64,000 nucleotides of DNA from IMG/VR virus record IMGVR_UViG_2718218168_000001, positions 1 to 64,000 of that record. One strand, 5' to 3'. A program made the translations under genes and the position numbers. The first letter of the stretch is position 1, and each line of letters starts with the position of its first letter. The DNA comes from a virus. Its lineage: Duplodnaviria > Heunggongvirae > Uroviricota > Caudoviricetes. Below the pieces are notes generated by a model. The model saw only the letters and a program-made list of their open reading frames with translations. It searched no databases and had not been told where the DNA came from. This document shows, piece after piece, positions 22,993 through 32,718 of the stretch.

Positions 22993-25905
22993 ATGTCAAA
23001 AGGGTTCACATTCGAAAAGAACTTACCGCATCAGAAAGCAGGTGTCGATGCGGTGATGAACGTTTTTGTTTCCGCGACATCTCATCAGGAGGATAATGTT
23101 TCTATTCGCCTGTTAGTTAATCCAGAATTACGGCTTACTGAACAGCAATACTATAAAAATATAAAAAAAGTTCAGGAACTCAATGGTATTGAACATGTAA
23201 AAAATAATTACGATGCTGGAAGCAACGTAATCGATGTTTCTATGGAGACAGGTACAGGTAAAACGTATACCTACACTAAAACAATTTTTGATCTGAACAA
23301 ATCATTTGGCATTAATAAGTTTATCATTATTGTTCCTACTCTATCGATCAAAGCTGGAACAGTGAACTTTTTGAAAAGCGATGCGTTAAAAGAACACTTT
23401 AGAGATGATTATGAGCGTGAAATAAAGACTTACGTTGTTGAAAGTCAGAAAAATGCCGGTAAAAGCACAAAATCGTATATGCCTCAAGCTATACATGATT
23501 TTGTTGAAGCTAGTAATTTCAATAAGAAATATATACACGTTCTTGTTATTAACACGGGAATGATTCACTCTAAGAATTTAAATTCCACTTATGATGTTGG
23601 CTTGCTTGACAATCATTTTGATTCTCCCTTTTCAGCTCTTGGTGCGGTAAAACCATTCATTATCATTGATGAACCACATAAATTTCCTACTGGTAAAAAG
23701 ACATGGGAAAATATAGAGAAGTTTAATGCTCAATATATTATCCGCTACGGTGCGACCTTTAGTGAAGGCTATAAGAATTTAGTTTATCGACTTACAGCTG
23801 TGGATGCATTTAATGAAGACCTTGTTAAAGGTATTGATGCGTACATTGAGGATATTGTTGGTGATGGTGACGCCAACCTAAAGTTCATTAAATCTGATGG
23901 GGAAGAAGTTACATTTGAGCTAAATGAAAATAACAAGAAAACTTTATTTAAGTTAACAAAAGGTGAATCTCTATCTAAGACACATAGTGCTATTCACGAT
24001 TTAACTCTTGATGCCTTAGGCAAGAATACAGTAGTGTTGAGTAATGGTATTGAGCTAAAAATTGGTTGCTCAATAAACCCCTATTCTTACGATCAGACAC
24101 TTGCTGACAGCATGATGAGGAAAGCTATCAAAGAACACTTTAAGTTAGAAAAAGAGTTTCTGACACAAAGGCCACGCATAAAGCCTCTTACTCTTTTCTT
24201 TATTGATGATATTGAAGGTTATCGTGACGGTAATAATATTGCCGGAAGTTTGAAAGCTAAGTTCGAAGAATATGTTTTGGCAGAAGCTAATGAACTGTTA
24301 AAAATAGAAAAAGATGAGTTTTATAGTAACTATCTTGAAAAAACAGTTAAAGATATATCTTCCGTTCATGGCGGTTATTTTTCAAAAGATAACAGTGATA
24401 AGGATGATAAAATCGAGAAGGAAATCAACGAAATCCTTCATGACAAAGAGCTTTTGCTGTCTTTAGATAATCCACGTCGTTTCATTTTCTCCAAATGGAC
24501 GTTGCGTGAGGGATGGGATAATCCTAATGTCTTTCAGATCTGTAAGCTCCGTTCGAGCGGTAGTACCACATCCAAGCTTCAAGAGGTAGGGCGCGGTTTG
24601 CGTCTTCCTGTGAATGAATACATGTGTCGAGTGAAAGACCGCAATTTTACCCTTAAATATTATGTCGATTTTACAGAAAAGGATTTTGTTGACTCACTTG
24701 TTAAAGAGGTCAATGAGAGTTCTTTCAAAGAAAGGGTTCCAAGTAAGTTTACTCAAGAGCTTAAGGAACAAATCAGGGCTCAGTATCCTGAGCTTTCATC
24801 CAGAGCACTAATGAATGAACTTTTCAATGATGAAATCATTGATGAAAATGATAATTTCAAAGATTCAGATGCCTACAGCCGCTTAAAATCCAAATATCCA
24901 GCAGCATTCCCTATAGGAGTGAAACCAGGTAAAATCAAAAAAGCTACTGATGGAAAAAGACGCACTAAAATGCGTGTTGGTAAGTTCAGTGAGCTGAAAG
25001 AACTATGGGAATTAATCAATCAAAAAGCGGTGATTGAGTACAAAATAAACAGTGAAAATGAGTTTTTATCCATTTTCAAGTCATTCATGCTCGAAGAAAC
25101 AGAACGATTTACCAAATCAGGCGTTCATACTCGCATTGATAAAATTTACATCCACAATGATATGGCAATGTCGAAAAGCATTGTTAGTGATGACGATGAC
25201 TTTGCTAAGCTAAACACAATGAGTTATCGAGAGTTTCTCGATAACTTATCACAGACTATTTTTGTTAAACACGATACTTTACATAAAGTTTTTTGTGATA
25301 TAAAAGACACTATTAATATCACTGAATACCTGAATATTCAAACAATCAGAAAAATTAAATCTGGTTTTAGTAAGTATTTGTTGAACAATTCGTTTAACAA
25401 ATTCAGCCTCGGATATAATTTGATTTCGGGTTCAATTCATCCCACAAAGTTCACAAATGCTGATGGTAAGCCTCTAGACGAGGTATTATCAAGTGATCTT
25501 GGTGTATTACAGGATAATTCAAAAGCACCATTAGATACTTATCTTTTTGAAGAGGTTTTTTATGATTCAGAGCTTGAAAGGCGTAATATAACAGATAGAG
25601 ATATCCAGTCTGTTGTTGTTTTTTCAAAGATACCGAAGAATTCTATTAAGATCCCGGTAGCTGGTGGATACACTTACTCACCCGATTTTGCTTATGTTGT
25701 AAAAACAGCAGAAGGTGATTATCTTAACTTTATCATTGAAACAAAAAACGTAGATAGTAAGGATAGTTTACGGCTTGAAGAAAAAAAGAAAATTGAACAT
25801 GCCCAGGCGCTTTTCAATCAAATAAGTCAGTCTGTTAAAGTTGAATTCAAAACGCAGTTTGCTAATGATGATATTTATCAGTTAATCAAGAGCGCATTAC
25901 CATAA
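22993..25905 (+). CDS. res: type III R-M restriction subunit (EcoP1I Res-like)
   Basis: 970 aa; Walker A (TGTGKT) and DEPH helicase motifs; AT-rich codon usage distinct from the flanks. Confidence 0.9.
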   Translation: MSKGFTFEKNLPHQKAGVDAVMNVFVSATSHQEDNVSIRLLVNPELRLTEQQYYKNIKKVQELNGIEHVKNNYDAGSNVIDVSMETGTGKTYTYTKTIFDLNKSFGINKFIIIVPTLSIKAGTVNFLKSDALKEHFRDDYEREIKTYVVESQKNAGKSTKSYMPQAIHDFVEASNFNKKYIHVLVINTGMIHSKNLNSTYDVGLLDNHFDSPFSALGAVKPFIIIDEPHKFPTGKKTWENIEKFNAQYIIRYGATFSEGYKNLVYRLTAVDAFNEDLVKGIDAYIEDIVGDGDANLKFIKSDGEEVTFELNENNKKTLFKLTKGESLSKTHSAIHDLTLDALGKNTVVLSNGIELKIGCSINPYSYDQTLADSMMRKAIKEHFKLEKEFLTQRPRIKPLTLFFIDDIEGYRDGNNIAGSLKAKFEEYVLAEANELLKIEKDEFYSNYLEKTVKDISSVHGGYFSKDNSDKDDKIEKEINEILHDKELLLSLDNPRRFIFSKWTLREGWDNPNVFQICKLRSSGSTTSKLQEVGRGLRLPVNEYMCRVKDRNFTLKYYVDFTEKDFVDSLVKEVNESSFKERVPSKFTQELKEQIRAQYPELSSRALMNELFNDEIIDENDNFKDSDAYSRLKSKYPAAFPIGVKPGKIKKATDGKRRTKMRVGKFSELKELWELINQKAVIEYKINSENEFLSIFKSFMLEETERFTKSGVHTRIDKIYIHNDMAMSKSIVSDDDDFAKLNTMSYREFLDNLSQTIFVKHDTLHKVFCDIKDTINITEYLNIQTIRKIKSGFSKYLLNNSFNKFSLGYNLISGSIHPTKFTNADGKPLDEVLSSDLGVLQDNSKAPLDTYLFEEVFYDSELERRNITDRDIQSVVVFSKIPKNSIKIPVAGGYTYSPDFAYVVKTAEGDYLNFIIETKNVDSKDSLRLEEKKKIEHAQALFNQISQSVKVEFKTQFANDDIYQLIKSALP

Positions 25906-25914
25906 TTCCAGTTT

Positions 25915-25940
25915 AAAAGGAGGTGAAAACCTCCTTTTTA
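25915..25940 (+). terminator. rho-independent terminator after res
   Basis: hairpin aaggaggtgaaaacctcctt followed by ttttt, between convergent res and mat. Confidence 0.7.
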
Positions 25941-25980
25941 TGACATCCAACACGACCTGAAAGAAGTGGCGCTCAGGTCG

Positions 25981-26622
25981 TTAAAAATAGTTTCCCTTTC
26001 CAGTTAAGATTCCATGTGGAACGCTTTTTTCCGCAAGTCTCTGTGTGCCGCGAATTATGTTAATCAGTGGGCTTAGTAACGATGGTTCCTGGCGTGGCTC
26101 AACTTCTCCAGCCATTGCCCTGATGTAGTCGGAGTTTGCAACGTTGTTGTATTCCGTTGCGAAGCAGCATAACAACGTCAGAACGTGCTCTGTCGTTATT
26201 TCGCTCCAGTTGATGTTGAAAAATTCATCGCCTTTTTTGTCATGTTCGGAATCGAAGATGCTTTGGTGGAGGATGTATTTCCCGGATTCCTTGCGCGGTA
26301 ACTTGATCGCTTTCTGGCGTTCCAATTCCTTGTAAATCTGCATTGCTTCAATCAGTACCGGTCTACCGTTCATGAAGGGATCACGCAACCTTACACGCTG
26401 GCCAACTCGACCGGTAATAAAGCTGTTTTCCTCTTCCACCAGCACGATAAAACCCTTTTCCTCTTTTTCTCGCAATTCGCGCAGCAGCTGGAGTTCCATA
26501 TCGCGGCGGCGTTCAGGGTAGCTGGTCCGCTCAGCCATTATCAGCTCATTGTTGATCCATGCAGCAGTCATTGACGCCGGTTTGCCGACGCTCATTGAAA
26601 CAACGCATATTTTCTTATCCAT
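25981..26622 (-). CDS. mat: Mat-like particle maturation protein
   Basis: 213 aa from the internal ATG (MDKKICVV); the tool ORF opens at an upstream GTG (26649); position between res and ref as in P1. Confidence 0.5.
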   Translation of the reverse strand: MDKKICVVSMSVGKPASMTAAWINNELIMAERTSYPERRRDMELQLLRELREKEEKGFIVLVEEENSFITGRVGQRVRLRDPFMNGRPVLIEAMQIYKELERQKAIKLPRKESGKYILHQSIFDSEHDKKGDEFFNINWSEITTEHVLTLLCCFATEYNNVANSDYIRAMAGEVEPRQEPSLLSPLINIIRGTQRLAEKSVPHGILTGKGNYF

Positions 26623-26803
26623 AGCGCCCCTACAAAAAAGAAAAGCCACCAGCGGCGGCTTAGCAATACAACAGAAGGTAGCGCCCGGTACTCAGACTGT
26701 GCCGTCCATGGAATATTTGAAAAGGGATCCATCCGTACCGGGCGTGTGATGATTCTGACTCAAGTCACTTGTCAGTTGTCAATCATTTAAGATTAAAAAT
26801 AAT

Positions 26804-26820
26804 ATATTTATTAGTGCATG
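26804..26820 (-). promoter_or_regulatory. weak C1 operator-like site
   Basis: atatttattagtgcatg, 13/17 to the reverse-complement consensus; overlaps the ref stop, upstream of mat. Confidence 0.3.
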
Positions 26821-27371
26821 ATGTTTGCCATTTCATAGGCGTCAGCCAGCAACTCCATCTCTGACTTGTTCAGCAAGGTGAATTCTTTCTTGCCTCCAAC
26901 CACACCATCGGCATGAACAGGGACCAGCCAGGGGTATTTTTCTCTTACTTCAGCCGGTGCTGCATGCTGGTGGTGCCATCTACAAAGTGGCAATTGCTTT
27001 TTGTGACAACCAGGCGCGGTACGACCGGAGATATGGTGCAGAGACACCTCTTCAGATATTACTCCATGCATATAGCAGGCAATGCAGGGGAGAGCGCCAA
27101 GAGCATTGGCTATGCGCCGTTCCTCCGCCGTCGGTGTTCGTCCCTTCAAGTCACGAGATTTTATTTTTACCGCGCTTTTCCGCGTTTTGCTGGCTGGTGG
27201 GCGCTCTTTCTGTTTAGCGATACGGCGATCGATAGTATTCCGCATTTTCTGATATTGAGATTCTCGCCAGGCCGGATCAGCCAACTTCTCCCGTTGCCGA
27301 GCGATCGCTCGTTCTCTGGCTGCCTTCTGCCACTTGCGGCACTGTTCAATTTTTTGTTCGATTGTTTTCAT
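26811..27371 (-). CDS. ref: Ref recombination enhancement HNH endonuclease
   Basis: 186 aa; N-terminal Lys/Arg-rich region and C-terminal HNH-type motif (CYMHG...HHISG...CHKKQ); C1 operators upstream. Confidence 0.85.
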   Translation of the reverse strand: MKTIEQKIEQCRKWQKAARERAIARQREKLADPAWRESQYQKMRNTIDRRIAKQKERPPASKTRKSAVKIKSRDLKGRTPTAEERRIANALGALPCIACYMHGVISEEVSLHHISGRTAPGCHKKQLPLCRWHHQHAAPAEVREKYPWLVPVHADGVVGGKKEFTLLNKSEMELLADAYEMANIMH

Positions 27372-27376
27372 ATGGC

Positions 27377-27400
27377 AAAAAAAAGCGGCCTAATGGCCGC
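27377..27400 (-). terminator. terminator-like hairpin in the ref leader
   Basis: on the minus strand GCGGCC-AUUA-GGCCGC followed by U8, ending 6 nt before the ref ATG. Confidence 0.5.
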
Positions 27401-27455
27401 CAATGATGTCAAGGAGTGAAGTAATGGCAACGTCTTCGTAGTTGACAAAAACTGC

Positions 27456-27485
27456 GGCTCAATTATAGCAATCAATTAGAGCAAT
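27456..27485 (-). promoter_or_regulatory. tandem C1 operators with overlapping -10 (ref promoter)
   Basis: caatcaattagagcaat (14/17) plus an overlapping half-site; a perfect minus-strand TATAAT sits at 27462-27467. Confidence 0.6.
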
Positions 27486-27617
27486 GATAGATATTTTGTT
27501 AATCGCGAATCACATTTTTTCACTTCAGTACCTGTGTGCTATACTCCTTCTTGATTGATTGGATGCGGAATACAAACCCGCTCTTTTGTGCAGCCTGGCT
27601 CCTTGCCAGGCTTTTTT

Positions 27618-27929
27618 TTATTTCAGCATGGAAGCTGTTAACGCTTTGGACCTTGCTGAACTGATTGAGAGGGCTTTGTCAACGTGCCCCAAAAATTCGC
27701 CAAACTCAGACATCACTTTGGCAAAACCGCGCCGTGCTTCTTCCTCGGTGGCATTCATCACGAAATGTTCAGCACTACGAATACTTTTGACAGGGAACGC
27801 AACAGATATTGAGTCAATATCAGCCATTCTATCGCTTAACTTTACAGTGACAATGACGGCTGGCGACTGAATATTAGTGCTTACAGACAGCACTACATAT
27901 TTTCCGCCGATGTCGAAATCCTTTCTCAT
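27618..27929 (-). CDS. cra: Cra-like small protein downstream of cre
   Basis: 103 aa ORF between cre and ref as in P1 (symbol from memory). Confidence 0.45.
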   Translation of the reverse strand: MRKDFDIGGKYVVLSVSTNIQSPAVIVTVKLSDRMADIDSISVAFPVKSIRSAEHFVMNATEEEARRGFAKVMSEFGEFLGHVDKALSISSARSKALTASMLK

Positions 27930-27945
27930 ATGTCACCATAAATAT

Positions 27946-27962
27946 CAAATAATTATAGCAAT
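27946..27962 (-). promoter_or_regulatory. C1 operator-like site upstream of cra
   Basis: caaataattatagcaat, 13/17 to the reverse-complement consensus. Confidence 0.4.
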
Positions 27963-27979
27963 TTCTTATATATTGACGG

Positions 27980-29011
27980 CTAATCACCATCTTCCAGCAG
28001 GCGCACCATTGCCCCCGTTTCACTATCCAGATTACGGATATAGTTCATGACAATATTTACGTTGGTCCAGCCACCAGCTTGCATGATCTCCGGTATTGAA
28101 ACTCCGGCGCGGGCCATATCTCGCGCGGCTCCGACACGGGCACTGTGTCCAGACCAGGCAAGGTACCTCTGGCCAGAGTCATCCTTAGCCCCGTAAATCA
28201 ATCGGTGAGTTGCTTCAAAAATCCCTTCCAGGGCGCGAGTTGATAGCTGGCTGGTGGCAGATGGCGCGGCAACACCATTTTTTCTGACACGGCAAAACAA
28301 GTAGTTATTCGGATCATCAGCCACACCAGAGACAGTAATCCATCGCTCAACCAGTTTAGTTACCCCCAGACTAAGTGCCTTCTCTACACCAGCGGTGCTA
28401 ACCAGCGTTTTCGTTCTGCCAATATGGATTAACATTCTCCCACCGTCAGTACGTGAGATATCTTTAACTCTGATCCTAGAAATTTCGGCTATACGTAACA
28501 GGGTGTTATAAGCAATCCCCAGAAATGCCAGATTACGTATATCCTGGCAGCGATCGCTATTTTCCATGAGTGAACGAACCAGGTCGAAATCAGTGCGTTC
28601 GAACGCCAGCGCCTGTTTTGCACGCTCACCGGCATCAACGTTTTCTTTTCGGATCCGTCGCATGACCAGTGAAACAGCATTGCTGTCACTTGGTCGTGGC
28701 AGCCCGGACCGACGATGAAGCATGTTTAGCTGGCCCAAATGTTGCTGGATAGTTTTTACTGCCAGACCGCGCGCCTGAAGATATAGAAGATAATCGCGAA
28801 CATCTTCAGGTTTTGCGGGAAACCATTTCCGGTTATTCAACTTGCACCATGCCGCCCACGACCGGCAAACGGACAGAAGCATTTTCCAGGTATGCTCAGA
28901 AAACGCATGGCGATCCCTGAACATATCCATCAGGTTCTTGCGAACCTCATCACTCGTTGCATCGACCGGTAATGCAGGCAAATTTTGGTGTACGGTCAGT
29001 AAATTGGACAT
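27980..29011 (-). CDS. cre: Cre tyrosine recombinase
   Basis: 343 aa; translation MSNLLTVHQNLPALPVDATSDEVRKNLMDMFRD... recognised as P1 Cre; loxP lies about 420 bp upstream. Confidence 0.98.
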   Translation of the reverse strand: MSNLLTVHQNLPALPVDATSDEVRKNLMDMFRDRHAFSEHTWKMLLSVCRSWAAWCKLNNRKWFPAKPEDVRDYLLYLQARGLAVKTIQQHLGQLNMLHRRSGLPRPSDSNAVSLVMRRIRKENVDAGERAKQALAFERTDFDLVRSLMENSDRCQDIRNLAFLGIAYNTLLRIAEISRIRVKDISRTDGGRMLIHIGRTKTLVSTAGVEKALSLGVTKLVERWITVSGVADDPNNYLFCRVRKNGVAAPSATSQLSTRALEGIFEATHRLIYGAKDDSGQRYLAWSGHSARVGAARDMARAGVSIPEIMQAGGWTNVNIVMNYIRNLDSETGAMVRLLEDGD

Positions 29012-29018
29012 TTAACAC

Positions 29019-29240
29019 TCAGATAATGGTTTTAAGTAAAGTGTACAGGATCGGCTCTGCCTTTACCTGTTTATGGTTCTCGTCATAGAAACGCCAGCGA
29101 CCGCGCGTGCGTTCTATTTTCTCTTCACCGCGCGATAATGACAGTTGACAACTATCACGATCAAACCCTTTTGCCCGCCAGTAGCCACGGTTTTTCTCAA
29201 GCTCAATATGAGTGGACACTTTAGCAGCTGAATATCCCAT
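29019..29240 (-). CDS. small ORF between loxP and cre
   Basis: 73 aa ORF with a GAGGTG Shine-Dalgarno 5 nt before the ATG, ending 8 nt before the cre start; could be non-coding promoter sequence. Confidence 0.3.
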   Translation of the reverse strand: MGYSAAKVSTHIELEKNRGYWRAKGFDRDSCQLSLSRGEEKIERTRGRWRFYDENHKQVKAEPILYTLLKTII

Positions 29241-29429
29241 TTTTCACCTCTGATTGATTGGTGGTGCTAAGTGCGCTACGCGAAATCTGGAGCACTAACA
29301 CTGCCAACATTTCGCAGATTTTACGTAGCGCAACCTTGATCAAATGATCAAGTGATCACTATTTGACCTGATAAGGTATTGAACTGTATGGATTTACAGG
29401 TAAATTGATCATGTTCAATAACCCTTAAG

Positions 29430-29463
29430 ATAACTTCGTATAATGTATGCTATACGAAGTTAT
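29430..29463 (+). other. loxP recombination site
   Basis: exact ATAACTTCGTATA-ATGTATGC-TATACGAAGTTAT (13-bp inverted arms around the 8-bp spacer). Confidence 0.98.
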
Positions 29464-29506
29464 TAGGTCTGAAGAGGAGTTTACGTCCAGCTGCGCATAA
29501 AAATCA

Positions 29507-29523
29507 AGAATTATTAGAGCAAT
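29507..29523 (-). promoter_or_regulatory. C1 operator (immC, loxP side)
   Basis: agaattattagagcaat, 15/17 to the reverse-complement consensus. Confidence 0.7.
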
Positions 29524-29589
29524 AAATTTTGAGAGAAAAATCCCACTCCACCAGCTAAAAACTGGATTGTTTTTCATAGTTGTTTGACA

Positions 29590-29606
29590 ATTGCTCTAAT
29601 AAATTA
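29590..29606 (+). promoter_or_regulatory. C1 operator (immC, coi side)
   Basis: attgctctaataaatta, 16/17; inverted relative to the 29507 site, 66 bp away. Confidence 0.75.
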
Positions 29607-29844
29607 TAGTTTTGCCGACGTTGCGTAATACGACTTTGGATTCACTATTTAATGTGTCTTCAGCGTTGTAGAGCGGCTCAGAAGGAAATGAGCAAACAGG
29701 GAAACCTTATACAACGGCATTACAGCTATGCATTGCTCATCTTACACACAGCGCAATGTTGTTAGATTACCCCAGCATGGATCATGGGTGAAACAGTAGG
29801 TCAGAGCTTCAGGCTCTGTGTTGTCAATACAGTGAGGCATAATT

Positions 29845-30054
29845 ATGGCTTTCATTCAACCAACCATCGACGACGTTAGACATTGCTCTAACGCTTTATC
29901 TGTAGACCCTGCCGAAACCGACGCTGCCCGCGCCATTGCTGAACACTACTCAAAGATATCCAATCAGGAGTACCGCATCACCCAAGACGACCTGGATGAC
30001 CTCACTGACACAATCGAATATCTCATGGCAACTAACCAGTTAGACTCACAATAA
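29845..30054 (+). CDS. coi: Coi, C1 inactivator
   Basis: 69 aa acidic ORF immediately upstream of c1, the size and position of P1 coi. Confidence 0.8.
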   Translation: MAFIQPTIDDVRHCSNALSVDPAETDAARAIAEHYSKISNQEYRITQDDLDDLTDTIEYLMATNQLDSQ

Positions 30055-30070
30055 ATGCACTAATAAATCT
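30054..30070 (+). promoter_or_regulatory. C1 operator-like site upstream of c1
   Basis: aatgcactaataaatct, 14/17; between coi and c1 (autoregulatory position). Confidence 0.5.
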
Positions 30071-30164
30071 ATTATTTTTGTTTGATCCCTCTATAATATA
30101 GGTCAGTAATGACCGGTTTTCTCAGCCGGGCGTTATTGACCATGTCAATTCTGGAGGAGGATCA

Positions 30165-31016
30165 ATGATAAATTATGTCTACGGCGAACAACTGTACCAG
30201 GAGTTCGTCAGCTTCAGGGATCTCTTTCTAAAAAAAGCTGTTGCACGCGCCCAACACGTTGATACAGCCAGCGACGGTCGTCCTGTACGCCCGGTTGTCG
30301 TTCTACCGTTCAAAGAAACTGACAGCATTCAGGCTGAAATTGATAAATGGACTTTAATGGCGCGGGAACTGGAACAGTACCCAGACCTCAATATCCCAAA
30401 GACTATTTTATATCCAGTGCCTAACATCCTTCGCGGTGTGCGCAAGGTTACAACTTATCAGACAGAAGCTGTGAACAGCGTCAACATGACCGCTGGCCGC
30501 ATTATTCATCTGATTGATAAGGACATTCGCATCCAAAAAAGCGCGGGGATCAATGAGCACAGTGCGAAATACATAGAGAACCTGGAAGCAACAAAAGAGC
30601 TAATGAGGCAGTACCCGGAGGATGAAAAATTCCGTATGCGCGTACACGGCTTTAGCGAAACAATGCTGCGCGTCCACTACATTTCCAGTAGCCCTAACTA
30701 CAATGATGGTAAATCAGTTAGTTACCATGTGCCACTGTGTGGCGTGTTTATCTGCGATGAAACTCTCCGTGATGGAATTATCATCAACGGTGAATTCGAA
30801 AAAGCAAAATTTAGCCTTTATGACTCCATAGAACCGATCATCTGCGACCGCTGGCCGCAAGCAAAAATATATCGCCTGGCAGATATTGAAAATGTAAAAA
30901 AACAAATTGCCATCACTCGCGAAGAGAAAAAGGTTAAGTCAGCCGCATCAGTTACGCGCAGCCGTAAAACCAAGAAGGGGCAGCCAGTAAACGACAACCC
31001 CGAAAGCGCGCAATAA
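30165..31016 (+). CDS. c1: C1 repressor of lytic functions
   Basis: 283 aa, the size of P1 C1; immediately downstream of coi; cognate 17-bp operators throughout the window. Confidence 0.88.
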   Translation: MINYVYGEQLYQEFVSFRDLFLKKAVARAQHVDTASDGRPVRPVVVLPFKETDSIQAEIDKWTLMARELEQYPDLNIPKTILYPVPNILRGVRKVTTYQTEAVNSVNMTAGRIIHLIDKDIRIQKSAGINEHSAKYIENLEATKELMRQYPEDEKFRMRVHGFSETMLRVHYISSSPNYNDGKSVSYHVPLCGVFICDETLRDGIIINGEFEKAKFSLYDSIEPIICDRWPQAKIYRLADIENVKKQIAITREEKKVKSAASVTRSRKTKKGQPVNDNPESAQ

Positions 31017-31021
31017 ATTAT

Positions 31022-31039
31022 GCCCGGCATCAACCGGGC
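31022..31039. terminator. terminator hairpin between convergent c1 and ant-like gene
   Basis: gcccgg-catcaa-ccgggc hairpin followed by a U-rich tract on the plus strand. Confidence 0.55.
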
Positions 31040-31048
31040 ATTCTTCCA

Positions 31049-32161
31049 TTATTCAGCTGCCACCGGTTTTAACAAGCCAGCATCGAGCAGTTTACGCGTC
31101 AACCACTGCTGGCCTTTACCCGTTAATTGAGGCGTCAACCGTATCTGGTAGCCATCTTCATCATCCAGCACCACTTCTTTCACCGTGAAATACCCCGCGT
31201 TGATGTACTGCTGGAACGGCACATTTTTACGTCCACCGGACGCTATCAGGATGCCGTTCTCCCGTAACCAGGCAAACAGCGCGTTTTGCTTAAGTCCAAC
31301 AACCTTTGCAAAATTCCCAATCAGGATCCCTTTAGCTACTGATACCCGGTCGGCAAAATCGACCTTAGGAGCGGCGGCCACCAGCTGCTGATTTAGCTGG
31401 TGGGCTTTCTGTTCCAGAAGCTGCTTTTGTTCAGCCAGTTCGGCAGCCAGGCGTAGGGCTTCTGGTAATGTTTGGGGGATTGCAACCGGTTGCTGTTCTT
31501 TTTGCCGGAAGTAGCTGTCTTCCAGTTTTTCAAAGAATGCCCATGCTTCATTTGTGTCCACGATCTTAGACATGCGTGCAGCGCCGCGCTCTGTCCAGAG
31601 TGTAAGGCTTCTGGCGTTCTTACCAACAGAGTAACTTCCGGTTACTCTGTTCTTAAATTCTCTTAATTTTAAACCAGTTAGAAGAAAGTAATGCTTACCT
31701 TCTTCAAAGCGGTCAAGGTTGCGAGACAAATTGTTGCGAATATTGGCTTCATCGACCCCATACCCTCTAGCAAGAGTTTCGGTTGTCACGACACGTACTC
31801 CCTGCCATTCCAGAACGGGAATTTCATCCGGCTGATTCTGAACAACCACCAGTTCCGATTCCTGAACTGAAGGTGCATAAATTTTTTCTGATTTAACGTT
31901 AGTTGCTTTCATTCTGTGTGCCTCCTTGCGTGCTTCGGCTGCGACGGTTGCGTAATTCAGATGACCCTGTTCGAGCAGGTATTCACGGATATCGGTTAGC
32001 AGAATGCGGTGAACTGCGTGTTTGTCCTTTCTCCGGTAAAGTTGTTTGGTGATCATGAAGTAGTTGGCAATAACGCCCGGTATATCCCTGGTACTGATAC
32101 AGGCAGTGTGCTGTTCAATTGCCTCGATCATCTCTTCACGGGTGACTAATGACGTTCTCAT
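31049..32161 (-). CDS. antirepressor-like protein (Bro-N/AntA-like N-terminal region, KilA-C-like C-terminal domain)
   Basis: 370 aa; central region (VLEWQGVRVVTTETLARGYGVDEANIRNNL...) and C-terminus (VPFQQYINAGYFTVKEV) resemble phage antirepressor domains as I recall them. Confidence 0.7.
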   Translation of the reverse strand: MRTSLVTREEMIEAIEQHTACISTRDIPGVIANYFMITKQLYRRKDKHAVHRILLTDIREYLLEQGHLNYATVAAEARKEAHRMKATNVKSEKIYAPSVQESELVVVQNQPDEIPVLEWQGVRVVTTETLARGYGVDEANIRNNLSRNLDRFEEGKHYFLLTGLKLREFKNRVTGSYSVGKNARSLTLWTERGAARMSKIVDTNEAWAFFEKLEDSYFRQKEQQPVAIPQTLPEALRLAAELAEQKQLLEQKAHQLNQQLVAAAPKVDFADRVSVAKGILIGNFAKVVGLKQNALFAWLRENGILIASGGRKNVPFQQYINAGYFTVKEVVLDDEDGYQIRLTPQLTGKGQQWLTRKLLDAGLLKPVAAE

Positions 32162-32379
32162 AGTCCCTCCTGAGCAGAAGCGTTAACAGGGAGGCACCAG
32201 TAACTGAGAGAATTGCGCGAATCGGTAGAAAAGCGGGCAGAGAAAATACAGGGAGCATCCGGAAGCTGAGAACGTGCCTCATCTTCTGTCGGTGCAATAA
32301 CGAAGTGATAGTGACGTTTTTGGCAGGAGTAAAAGCGCCAGATAAATTCAGAATGAGCAGGGGTAGGGATAGTAGCCAC
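32158..32379 (-). CDS. Icd-like small protein translationally coupled to the antirepressor
   Basis: 73 codons starting at GTG with an AAGGAGG Shine-Dalgarno 8 nt upstream; its stop overlaps the ant-like start codon (ATGA); P1 icd is recalled as 73 codons. Confidence 0.5.
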   Translation of the reverse strand: MATIPTPAHSEFIWRFYSCQKRHYHFVIAPTEDEARSQLPDAPCIFSARFSTDSRNSLSYWCLPVNASAQEGL

Positions 32380-32563
32380 AATGGCAGCCTCCTTTTGCTA
32401 ATTTAAGGAGCTACCGCGTGAGGTCTCAATCTCAATGGCGGTAGCACTGACTGGGTTGAGACTACCGGCGCAAAAGGGAACCGGCCTGCCTTTCGGCAGC
32501 CCAGCCAGCACTACCATTGATCTCTGAGCTAAACGCTACGTATGGCTGTGCGATGGCATGACA

Positions 32564-32697
32564 CAAAAAAAGACGCTTTTGGCGTCTGTGTCGCCTTTTG
32601 CATTATCCGGGGTCTCAATCCCGGCACCCGTTTTAATGAGGTGCCTGATAAGCATAAACCGAAAATGCCACAAGGCGCAAGAGGTCAGGTTCAATGT
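32564..32697 (-). ncRNA. candidate c4-like antisense regulatory RNA
   Basis: promoter-like sequence overlapping the C1 operator; about 130 nt to a minus-strand terminator (AGACGC-CAAAA-GCGUCU + U7 at 32564-32587); hairpin loop AUUGAGAC complementary to a GUCUCAA loop in the icd-like leader. Confidence 0.4.
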
Positions 32698-32718
32698 AAC
32701 ATCGGTAGCTAAAAAACA

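Noticed and set aside
21029-25905. mod-res island as a novel R-M system
   Set aside because: Motifs, sizes (646 and 970 aa) and position match the known EcoP1I-type type III system of P1; AT-richness is expected for this cassette. Specificity cannot be read from sequence alone here.
27559-27870. 103-aa plus-strand ORF
   Set aside because: Fully antisense to the cra-position ORF and without a ribosome-binding site; treated as a shadow ORF.
32136-32381. 81-aa minus-strand ORF overlapping the ant-like start
   Set aside because: Alternative frame of the same interval as the 73-codon icd-like ORF; the icd-like frame has the better Shine-Dalgarno and the stop/start overlap with ant.
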